IMG/VR virus record: IMGVR_UViG_3300028920_002946
Span: 64,001-128,000 of that record
DNA length: 64,000 nucleotides
From: a virus
Reading direction: 5' to 3' (one strand)
The notes under the pieces: model-generated
The model's input: the letters and a program-made list of their open reading frames with translations, nothing else
What the model was told of the DNA's origin: nothing
Database searches by the model: none
Shown here: positions 18,618 through 26,351 of the stretch, one piece after another
How positions within the stretch are numbered: the stretch's first letter is position 1
Layout: every line of letters starts with the position of its first letter
Position numbers and translations under genes: made by a program

Positions 18618-19061
18618 TCAAGCCTTGTCGGCCTTGTCCTTCGCGGCTTTCCACTTCTTGTCGTTCACGCCGCTTTCCTTCGATGTGTGCCTCTCCTCGT
18701 ACACCTTCCTGGCGTACGAAAGGCTGTCCTTGCCTTTCTCCTTCGCAAGCTTCGCGGCGTCCGACCAGCTCCCCGTGACCTCGCCGCCGACGTTCGGGAC
18801 GAGGGGCGTCCCCTCGGACCCGTAGCGCTCCATCTGCCTCAGCTCCAGCTTCGCGTTCCTCTTCATCCTCTGGCGCTTCTCGCGCCACCCCATGGTCTCC
18901 GTGGAGCCGAGGACGAAGCCCGCCCCGCCGGATATGAGGCGCACCATCTCCACCTCCTCGCCCTCGCAGGCGGGGCAGTACACGACGGGATCCGACTTGA
19001 TGCTGTGGACGACTTCCTGGATTGTGCCGCATTTCGGGCACTCGTACTCGTAGGTGGGCAT
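18618..19061 (-). CDS. FmdB-family zinc-ribbon protein
   Basis: 'MPTYEYECPKCG...CPACEG...RLISGGAGF'. Confidence 0.8.
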   Translation of the reverse strand: MPTYEYECPKCGTIQEVVHSIKSDPVVYCPACEGEEVEMVRLISGGAGFVLGSTETMGWREKRQRMKRNAKLELRQMERYGSEGTPLVPNVGGEVTGSWSDAAKLAKEKGKDSLSYARKVYEERHTSKESGVNDKKWKAAKDKADKA

Positions 19062-19103
19062 ATGGTTCCCTATCTGGAATGTGTATCTACCTGATATGCC
19101 CCG

Positions 19104-19118
19104 ATTAGGAGAATATCA
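19104..19118 (-). promoter_or_regulatory. Late-promoter-like motif
   Basis: TGATattCTccTAAT. Confidence 0.55.
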
Positions 19119-19167
19119 GGCCCTTCCAGCCGTATACACTCTAATTTACTAGATGGAACCTGAAATC

Positions 19168-19470
19168 TTAAAGCTCCGGCGCGCGGATTCGCACGACCAT
19201 GTCGCCGTCGTGGCTGAGCAGGCGCATCTCGCGGTCGGTGGGGAGGTTGCGGTACTTGAGGTACACGGTGCGGAGCCTTCCGATGCCCTCGGGGATGTAG
19301 TCGAACTCGACCTCCTCCGGCATCGCCAGGACGATGGCCTTGACCATCTTGGGCGTCGCGTACAGGATGCCCGGTATGTGGTCCCTCGACTCCATCAAGT
19401 CGAAGGCGCCGAGTATCGCGGCTCTGACATCCGCGCCGTCCCATTCGAAGTCGACAACATCGAAGGCCAT
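19168..19470 (-). CDS. 100-aa hypothetical protein (MAFDVVDFEW...)
   Basis: ATG overlaps the stop of the 19470 gene; protein-like tail of an otherwise spurious 866-aa ORF. Confidence 0.7.
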   Translation of the reverse strand: MAFDVVDFEWDGADVRAAILGAFDLMESRDHIPGILYATPKMVKAIVLAMPEEVEFDYIPEGIGRLRTVYLKYRNLPTDREMRLLSHDGDMVVRIRAPEL

Positions 19471-20930
19471 CAGAGGTTCTCGTTCTGGTTGGGCTCCGAG
19501 GACGGCCCGCCCCCCGGCTCCCCGTGCTCCGCGCCCTCGCCGGCGGACTCCTGGGTCTCCTCGGGGGGCTGGTTCGGGAGAACGGCCCGCGTGCCGGGCC
19601 TCTTGTAGGTCGGGCCCTCCGGCTCCCGCCCGTTTTCGGGCTGGACGACCTTGCTCATGAGCTCGTACGCCCTCTCCACCAGGCGCGGGCTCGGGGGCTT
19701 GCCCTCCATCGCGTCCTTGACCAGAAGGTAGAATATCTCCTCGGGATGCTCGACGAGCGTCTCGAGGACCCGGATCTTGGCCGCGTCGTCGCGGTCGGTG
19801 TATGTCTCGCGGAACCACTGGTCGAGCTGGACGTTCTGCTGGCGGTTCCTGAAGAAGTTCGTGTAGTAGAACCTCGGGAGCCTGGGCCTGCGCGAGGACA
19901 GCCTGCGCTTGATCTCGTCCAGGTCGAACGGGAACCCCATGAGGCGCTCCCACTCCCTGGCGTTCATGACCTTCGCCGGGGGCCCCACGCGGGGATACCG
20001 CCTGTAGTGCATCAGTATCCGAAGGTTCCGGGACTCCAGCCAGTTGTAGCACGCCAGGACATGCTTGCAGACCCTGAAGTTCAGACCCCTGCCCGGGTTC
20101 GCGCGGCCCCCCTTGAAGCTGGACACCATGTCCTGCGGCACCGGCGGGACGAGCGACGGCCTGAACCCCGGCATCCACATGTACTTGCCGTTCACGGCGT
20201 AGTACTGCGCGCCGAAGAAGAGGAAGGACGGGCAGGAGCAGCTCAGCTGGACCGGGTACTGCAGATAGCTCCGCGGCCTCGCCCGGCCCTTGGGGCGCAG
20301 GAACTGCATCGTCACCGTGCGGATGTCCGGGCTCGACTGCGACTGGCAGCGGAACCGGAACAGGCCCTTGAGCATCGAATCCTGCTCCGAGTCCATGAGC
20401 GTGACGCTGACCCTCCCGGCGCGCCGGATCTTCTGGTCGTTCTTGTAGTGGTAGTCGTGGTTCACGACCTCGTCGAGCGTGGCGGCCTCCCTCCCCATCG
20501 ACGCGAACTTGCGGTCGATGCTGATGGCGGGCCTCTGCTCGCTCGGGTCGGCCGTCCAATCCTTGTCCCTCGCCTTGAACCACTCCTCGAGCACGCCCTG
20601 CGGCCCGTACCTGTTCGGGCTGTTGAAGATGCCGTACTCGGCGTCCGGCTCGTAGGGCCAGTCGTTCGAGAAGGGCGGGGAGCCCCTCATGTCCTTGGGC
20701 TTGTCGCTGGGGTCGCGGTAGTCGTACGGGTTGTACGCCGTGAAGGTGGGCCGGGGGCGCTCGCCCCTGCGCCGCATGTCGCGCAGCATCTCGGAGACGA
20801 CCTCGGGCTCTTTCGCCTTGCTGCCCTCGTTCCTCTCCTCCATGTACTCCAGCCACGACAGGTCGTCCGTCGGCCCCTGGTCCTCCAGGTACCGGGAAAC
20901 GACCTCCATGGGTGCTGCGGCGAGCGCCAT
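19470..20930 (-). CDS. SWIM zinc-finger-containing protein
   Basis: 'LSCSCPSF...VCKHVLA' gives the CxC...CxH SWIM pattern; 'RKFAS' K-x-A site. Confidence 0.7.
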   Translation of the reverse strand: MALAAAPMEVVSRYLEDQGPTDDLSWLEYMEERNEGSKAKEPEVVSEMLRDMRRRGERPRPTFTAYNPYDYRDPSDKPKDMRGSPPFSNDWPYEPDAEYGIFNSPNRYGPQGVLEEWFKARDKDWTADPSEQRPAISIDRKFASMGREAATLDEVVNHDYHYKNDQKIRRAGRVSVTLMDSEQDSMLKGLFRFRCQSQSSPDIRTVTMQFLRPKGRARPRSYLQYPVQLSCSCPSFLFFGAQYYAVNGKYMWMPGFRPSLVPPVPQDMVSSFKGGRANPGRGLNFRVCKHVLACYNWLESRNLRILMHYRRYPRVGPPAKVMNAREWERLMGFPFDLDEIKRRLSSRRPRLPRFYYTNFFRNRQQNVQLDQWFRETYTDRDDAAKIRVLETLVEHPEEIFYLLVKDAMEGKPPSPRLVERAYELMSKVVQPENGREPEGPTYKRPGTRAVLPNQPPEETQESAGEGAEHGEPGGGPSSEPNQNENL

Positions 20931-20939
20931 TGCGGCCCC

Positions 20940-21998
20940 CTACAGTATGTCGGAGACGTCCAAATCGTCCCCGAGGTCTATGCCCTCGTCCGCCGACCCG
21001 GACGTCAGCTTGCTCCTCATGGCCCCCTTGGACATATCCTCCTCGGGGCGCCTCGTCACCTTGGCGACCTCCCGGGCCTCCGGGTTGCCGACCACCTCCA
21101 CCTGCGGGCTGTTCGGGGCGGAAACCGTCCCCTTCTTGCTCGCGGGCGTGGAGGCCTTCTTCGCAACCGTGTTCTGCTGCACCACCTGGCGCTTTCGGGC
21201 CTCGGCGTTCTGCTTCGCGCGCGCCTTGGGGCCGCGGTCGGTGACCTTCGCCACCTCCACGCCGCCGGCCTCGCCCTCGACCACCAGGTGCTTGCGCCCC
21301 TTCTCGGCGGGCTCGGGCGGCGGGGCGGTCTCCTTGACCACCCTCTGGCCCTCCACCACCGGAAGGTGGCCCTCCTCGATGTCCTCGGCGAGGGTTATCG
21401 CCCCGTCGGACGACTCGGCAGCCTGCCGCGTGCTCTCGGAAACGGTAGCCGCCACGCGAGCGTCCCCGTTTTGGGCGCGGATTTCGCCGCGGATGTCGTC
21501 CATGTCGCTCTGGACCACGGTATCCTTGTCGGAGTAGCTCTGGCTCTCGTACTCGCGCACGATCTGCCCGAGGTCGTCCGTCTCGACGCGCGCCGCGCCG
21601 GCGCCGCGCCCCGTGCGGCCCTTGTAGAAGTTCTGCTCGATCGCGGGGTCGCTCTGCTCGACCTGCCTGCCGCCCATGGCGTTGTACGTCCTCGCCGGGT
21701 TCACGACAGGCCGATCGTGCATGTCGGGATCCTCCGCCTCCTCGTCGCCGTCGGCCTCCTGCAGCCACTCGCCCTCGCGGACGGCGACCTTGAGGGAGGA
21801 CGACGACCCGCGCACGTCGCCCACCTGGAAGTTGACCCCGTCGTAGTCGATCATGTCGCCGGGGCCGACCTCGAGATTCTGCTTGCCGCCCTCATAGCTG
21901 ATGCTGAACGGCTGCGTCACGATGTACCTCTTCATCCTGTTGGCCACGTGGCCCTCCTTTTGGATAGGGATGTCCTTTGTTCTGTATATGGCGCTCAC
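20940..21998 (-). CDS. Charged low-complexity hypothetical protein
   Basis: Clean ORF with ATGA overlap; repeated 'VAKV' motifs in the C-terminal half. Confidence 0.7.
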   Translation of the reverse strand: MSAIYRTKDIPIQKEGHVANRMKRYIVTQPFSISYEGGKQNLEVGPGDMIDYDGVNFQVGDVRGSSSSLKVAVREGEWLQEADGDEEAEDPDMHDRPVVNPARTYNAMGGRQVEQSDPAIEQNFYKGRTGRGAGAARVETDDLGQIVREYESQSYSDKDTVVQSDMDDIRGEIRAQNGDARVAATVSESTRQAAESSDGAITLAEDIEEGHLPVVEGQRVVKETAPPPEPAEKGRKHLVVEGEAGGVEVAKVTDRGPKARAKQNAEARKRQVVQQNTVAKKASTPASKKGTVSAPNSPQVEVVGNPEAREVAKVTRRPEEDMSKGAMRSKLTSGSADEGIDLGDDLDVSDIL

Positions 21999-23239
21999 GC
22001 CGCGGATCCCCGCAGCGGTATCTCCTCCACGTCCTTGTCCGAGTTCTTGAAGACCACCTTGTCCACCTTGAACGTCCTGCCCCTGAAGGAGTCGTCGCCC
22101 AGCACCCTGTCGCCCCTGCCCTTCTTCACGTAGGCGATGGTGATGTGCGGGACGTACGTCGGGTAGGAGTTCTCGTTCGGGACCGCCTTCTCTATGGCGT
22201 AGTGCAGGTCCTGCAGCTCCGGGGACTCGGCGTCTATCTTCACCACGTCCTGCTTGTCCGAGTCCTTGAAGACGGTCACCAGGCCGAGCCTGACCTCGAA
22301 CGGCCCCACCTTCCCGACCTCCGACCGCAGCGTGTCCGTGACCCTCCTGGGCTTCAGCCCGTAAAGCAGGGTGATGTGCATCTCGTCCTCCCTGCCGGCC
22401 GTCCCGTCGTCGTCCTCCTTCAAGTCGGCGTCGGGGACGTTCTTTTTGCCCCAGGCGATGATCTGGTCGCCCAGATCCTTCGGGAGGTCCACCTGCGTGG
22501 TGGAGTGGTCGTACTCCCCCTCGCTGTTCGCCTTCTTGTTGCGCGGGAGCGCGGGCTTTCTCGGCCTCTTGCCGTCGCGCACGTCGCGCAGGAACTTGAA
22601 CAGCGCGTCAAGGCTGTCGAACTCCTCGTAGGAGCCGCCGGAGCCTATGTCGTCCAGGAACCTCTTCTCCCTCTCCGAACCCTTGCCCCCGCGGTAGAAC
22701 AGCACGTGGTCGACGTTCAGGACGCAGGCGAGCTCGTCGTATATGTTCTCCTCCGGCTCCCAGTCCTCGTCCGTGGGGTCGATGAAGGCGAAGTCGCCCC
22801 CGAACTCCTCGACGACGGCCCTGCGCCATTTGTCGCCGTCCGAACACCGGCCGCCCAGGAAGACGGACGGCTTGTCTGACTCGATGGCCTTGAACATCCT
22901 CCCGCGGAGATCCGACGCGAACTTGGCCACGACCGACTCGGGGGAGGCACCCTCGTGCATGGGCACGTACTCCCCGCCGACGTACCTGAACTTGGGGTTC
23001 AAGGACTCCATCCTATCCCAGGGATAGGCTTCCAAGACACCCTTGAAGTCCGGCCCCAGGTCGTTGATCGAGATGACGCGCGCCGGATCCCCGCGCATCG
23101 GGGGGAGCCTGACGCTCCTGCCGTCCCTCAAATCCTGGATGACCCGTTTGACATCGCCCCCGGGCAGACACTCGAAACAGAGATCCACGGTTTTCCCGCC
23201 GTGGGAGGCCCATGGGGCGGCGGTGCGGTCAGTCATCAA
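21995..23239 (-). CDS. Nucleoside-deoxyribosyltransferase-like domain + 2H phosphodiesterase (Acb1/T4 gp57B-like) fusion
   Basis: 'KPSVFLGGRC...WRR...FIDP..EDW...E' is NDT-like; two HxT motifs, 'MHITLLYG' and 'PHITIAY'. Confidence 0.8.
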   Translation of the reverse strand: MMTDRTAAPWASHGGKTVDLCFECLPGGDVKRVIQDLRDGRSVRLPPMRGDPARVISINDLGPDFKGVLEAYPWDRMESLNPKFRYVGGEYVPMHEGASPESVVAKFASDLRGRMFKAIESDKPSVFLGGRCSDGDKWRRAVVEEFGGDFAFIDPTDEDWEPEENIYDELACVLNVDHVLFYRGGKGSEREKRFLDDIGSGGSYEEFDSLDALFKFLRDVRDGKRPRKPALPRNKKANSEGEYDHSTTQVDLPKDLGDQIIAWGKKNVPDADLKEDDDGTAGREDEMHITLLYGLKPRRVTDTLRSEVGKVGPFEVRLGLVTVFKDSDKQDVVKIDAESPELQDLHYAIEKAVPNENSYPTYVPHITIAYVKKGRGDRVLGDDSFRGRTFKVDKVVFKNSDKDVEEIPLRGSAA

Positions 23240-23307
23240 GCCCTCCCCTCTCCGGGGACTCCCGCTTTGTAGACAATATAATGGCTCGGAGCCCCATTCT
23301 TAACCCT

Positions 23308-23517
23308 TCAAAGTTCGATAAGGGCTTGGGCGGCGCACCTGACGGCCTCGGAGGCGCATTTCCTGGACTTCTTGCCCTTCTTCTTGTCCCTCCGGCGCCA
23401 CATGCTCAGGCAGATGGCGACCGACTGGTCCTGCGGCCTGTCCTCCTCCTTGCGCATGGTGTGCATGCACTCGTCCATGAAGGCCGGCTGGCTCTTGAAC
23501 CTCTTGGGGTCGGGCAT
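23308..23517 (-). CDS. Small phage protein
   Basis: 'MPDPKRF...FMDECM...QSVAICLSMW', a motif I recall from phage head gene clusters; ends in 'RKCASEAVRCAAQ'. Confidence 0.65.
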   Translation of the reverse strand: MPDPKRFKSQPAFMDECMHTMRKEEDRPQDQSVAICLSMWRRRDKKKGKKSRKCASEAVRCAAQALIEL

Positions 23518-23526
23518 CTCGTCCTC

Positions 23527-23805
23527 CTACTGCGTCTTGTCCACGGGCACGTCGTCCGTCCTCGGCGCCGGCGCCCCCTTGCCGTTGCGCGTCTCGCCGA
23601 AGTGCTGGGCCGCCTTGGCGCCCAGAGTCAGGGCGACGAGCATCGCCTCCTCGGCGCCCATGCTCACAAACCCCCCGCCGTTCACCATCGCGACGACGTT
23701 GTGCGCCACAAAGACGCCCATGATGGACGTCACGACCATGGCCGTGGCGACCCTCATCATGCTGACCTTGCCGTTCGCATCGCCCTTCAACACGTGACCC
23801 ATCAT
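23527..23805 (-). CDS. Two-TM membrane protein, holin-like
   Basis: Two hydrophobic segments, 'G..S.MRV' N-terminal motif, charged C-terminus. Confidence 0.55.
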   Translation of the reverse strand: MMGHVLKGDANGKVSMMRVATAMVVTSIMGVFVAHNVVAMVNGGGFVSMGAEEAMLVALTLGAKAAQHFGETRNGKGAPAPRTDDVPVDKTQ

Positions 23806-25247
23806 CTCTGGCCCCCCTTGATGACCTCCCCGACCTCCAGAAGCTTCTGCATCATCAGGCCGCTCGGTATCATGACCTCCCTCACGGCCTCCTCGAGGTC
23901 GGAGGGGTCCTGCATGTCAGCCTTCGCCTTCCTCAGCAGCGCCGCGGCGCCCTCGAACACCCTGATGTACTTGTCGTACATCTCGTCGAACAGGTTCTTG
24001 GTGTTCGTGACCTCGGCCTTGGAGTCCGCGATGTGCTCCGGCAGCGACTTGATGCGGACGCCGTCGCCCTGCCTGAAGATGCCGGCCGCCACCTTGCCCT
24101 CGAGGCGCGACGCCAGGGCCTCGTAGCCCCTCCCGCGTAGGTTGGCGGCGCACCTCCGCACGAGGGAGGAGGCCGAGGAGGCGACGATGCGCTTGTGGCC
24201 GCGCTCGTACTTGTCGATCAGCTCGTAGATGACATCCCTTTTCGCCGTGTCCCTCTCGGACATCGCCTGCGACTCCAGGAACCGCAGCGTCGGGTCAGCC
24301 CGCGCCGGGATCCCCTTCCGCAGGGCGCCGGCGGGGGACGGCTGCGAAAGCCAATGCTTCCCCTCCGCAGCCTGGCGGCCCGCCGGGGAAACCTCGCCGG
24401 CCTTGGCCGCGTCTATCAGCTCCCGGAACCACCGCTTGCGCTCGGGGTCGGTTTCCCTCTGCATCTCCCTCGTGAGGTAGTCCGACACGAGGACGCCGAC
24501 GACGCGCGGCGAATAGGTGGCAGGCGACTCCCGGCCCGTCCCCGGCTCGATTTCGGTGTACGGCTCGCCCCTCCGCAGCATGGGAGCGCCGTACGGCACC
24601 TCGCGGGGCTCCCTTCCCGGCGGCGCGCCCCGGCCCCTCGGCCTCCTCGCCGGCGGGGTCCACAGCGGGGGCAGCGAGGCGGCCACCTCCTTCACGAGGG
24701 AGGCGTATTTCTCAAGGCCCCTCTGTTCCAGATCGCCCATCAGATCCTCGAGCGAGGGCGCGGGCCCGGCCGCGCTGCGGTCCGCCCTCTCCTCCGTCCA
24801 ATTTCTCCTGTCCCCGAGGTAGTCTTCGATGTACCCCTTGGCGGCCTCGGAGAGCCACCCCTTGATTTCGGCGTCCGACTTGAACGCGCCCAGCTCGCGG
24901 AAGGTGACATTCCCCCCGCCGGCCTCGTCGACCGACAGGAGGGCCCTGTCAGGCGGGACCCCGGCCGCCTTGGCCTTTTCGGTCAGCGACGCGAGGCTCG
25001 GTGCGGGGATGTCCACCCTGTCCAGAACGTCGCCGGCGCCGGCGCCCCCGGCGCCCGCATAGAGCCTCATCCCCTTGTTTCCGAACCGACCGACGCCCGG
25101 GCCGATATTCCTGTCCCGCGCCGAGTCATAAAGGTTGGCCACGAGGGCGTTCTCCGGGAAATCCACCACATCGTAACGGCCCGTCGGCTTCGGCGTCGGC
25201 GGCTCCGGAACATCGTGGGGGGACCAGACGGCTGCGCGCTCGCTCAT
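23802..25247 (-). CDS. Multi-module hypothetical protein with K-x-A linkers
   Basis: 'LEQRGLEKYASLVKEVAASL' and 'RRCAANLRGRGYEALASRLEGKVAA' linkers. Confidence 0.65.
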   Translation of the reverse strand: MSERAAVWSPHDVPEPPTPKPTGRYDVVDFPENALVANLYDSARDRNIGPGVGRFGNKGMRLYAGAGGAGAGDVLDRVDIPAPSLASLTEKAKAAGVPPDRALLSVDEAGGGNVTFRELGAFKSDAEIKGWLSEAAKGYIEDYLGDRRNWTEERADRSAAGPAPSLEDLMGDLEQRGLEKYASLVKEVAASLPPLWTPPARRPRGRGAPPGREPREVPYGAPMLRRGEPYTEIEPGTGRESPATYSPRVVGVLVSDYLTREMQRETDPERKRWFRELIDAAKAGEVSPAGRQAAEGKHWLSQPSPAGALRKGIPARADPTLRFLESQAMSERDTAKRDVIYELIDKYERGHKRIVASSASSLVRRCAANLRGRGYEALASRLEGKVAAGIFRQGDGVRIKSLPEHIADSKAEVTNTKNLFDEMYDKYIRVFEGAAALLRKAKADMQDPSDLEEAVREVMIPSGLMMQKLLEVGEVIKGGQR

Positions 25248-25260
25248 GAGTCTTCACCTT

Positions 25261-25980
25261 TCATGCGGGAAAGTATCCCCCGATCCTGTCGTCGAAATAC
25301 TTGACCTTCCGCGGCGGCAGAAACGACTTCAGCCCGCCCACGTAGTAGGAGAAGGAGTCCGCCCAGTCGTCCCACGGGTTGCGGCGGGCGTAGAACCTCG
25401 TGTACCCGGCGTCCGGGTCGTACCACCACTCGCCCGTCATCTCGGGGGCGCCTCGCTCCCTTATGCGGAGCCTCCTCAGCCCCGGCGCGGGCTTCTCGGA
25501 CCATTTCGAAAGCCCCGTCCAATCCGGCCGCTTGCTCAGTTCCAGCCCGCCGGCCCCCCGCGCCTCGTCCCAGCCGTGCCCCAGCTCGTGGAACAGCGTC
25601 TGGTCGAACTTGTCGAGGCTCGCGCCCGCGTCGGGATCCACCTCGAAGAGGCCGTCGTCCAGCAGCCTGCTGTTCAACACCAGGGCGCCGTTGCTGTAGA
25701 CACCGTGGTTGGGGAAGTACTCGCGCGACTCGCCCATGTCCTCGAAGCCGATCGACGTGACGCCGCAGTCCCGCACGAGCGTTGGCGGCAGCCTCGATAT
25801 GCTCTCCCCCAAATGGCGCAGGCAATCAATGCCGGGGTGGCCGGTAACGGTGATGCCGTACCTGCCCTTGAGCATGGACAGTATCTCGCCGCGGTCGACG
25901 GAGTCGTCGAGGTCCGCCGCGACGCGCCTCAGCTTCCTGGCGATTTTGACGGTAAGCAAATGTCCCTCCACAGACACCAT
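25261..25980 (-). CDS. Zincin-like metallopeptidase
   Basis: HExxH in 'LFHELGHG'; downstream 'YARRNPWDDWADSF' at the third-ligand position. Confidence 0.7.
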   Translation of the reverse strand: MVSVEGHLLTVKIARKLRRVAADLDDSVDRGEILSMLKGRYGITVTGHPGIDCLRHLGESISRLPPTLVRDCGVTSIGFEDMGESREYFPNHGVYSNGALVLNSRLLDDGLFEVDPDAGASLDKFDQTLFHELGHGWDEARGAGGLELSKRPDWTGLSKWSEKPAPGLRRLRIRERGAPEMTGEWWYDPDAGYTRFYARRNPWDDWADSFSYYVGGLKSFLPPRKVKYFDDRIGGYFPA

Positions 25981-25998
25981 ATGTGCTATGGACGGAAC

Positions 25999-26013
25999 AT
26001 TAACAGAGTATTG
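25999..26013 (-). promoter_or_regulatory. Late-promoter-like motif
   Basis: CAATactCTgtTAAT. Confidence 0.5.
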
Positions 26014-26048
26014 GATTTAGGGCAGTAGGCGGCACCCCGCCGGCGCGG

Positions 26049-26276
26049 TCAGTACCCCTGTTGCTGGCTTCTGCCGTACGGGTAGAAAAACGTCGTGCCT
26101 GCGCCCTGCAGGTTGCGCTGGTGCTGGAAGTCTATGTCGCGGACAAGATTCCCCGAAACGTTGATGACGGCGTCGCCGTCGGCGCCGCCCATGTCGGAGT
26201 CGCGGAGGTTGTAGAGGCCCCCGGTCCCGCCCGTGCTCTGGTTCGCGCCCTCCTGCCCGACCCTTCTGTCTGACAT
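26049..26276 (-). CDS. Small Gly-rich hypothetical protein
   Basis: SD AGGAG before ATG 26276. Confidence 0.6.
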   Translation of the reverse strand: MSDRRVGQEGANQSTGGTGGLYNLRDSDMGGADGDAVINVSGNLVRDIDFQHQRNLQGAGTTFFYPYGRSQQQGY

Positions 26277-26315
26277 GTCGCCGACTCCTATGCTGTGTGG
26301 CACATAGGATCCGGC

Positions 26316-26330
26316 ATGAGAAGAATATTA
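26316..26330 (-). promoter_or_regulatory. Late-promoter-like motif
   Basis: TAATattCTtcTCAT. Confidence 0.55.
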
Positions 26331-26351
26331 CCTGAAAGGAAGTCCGCGGGA

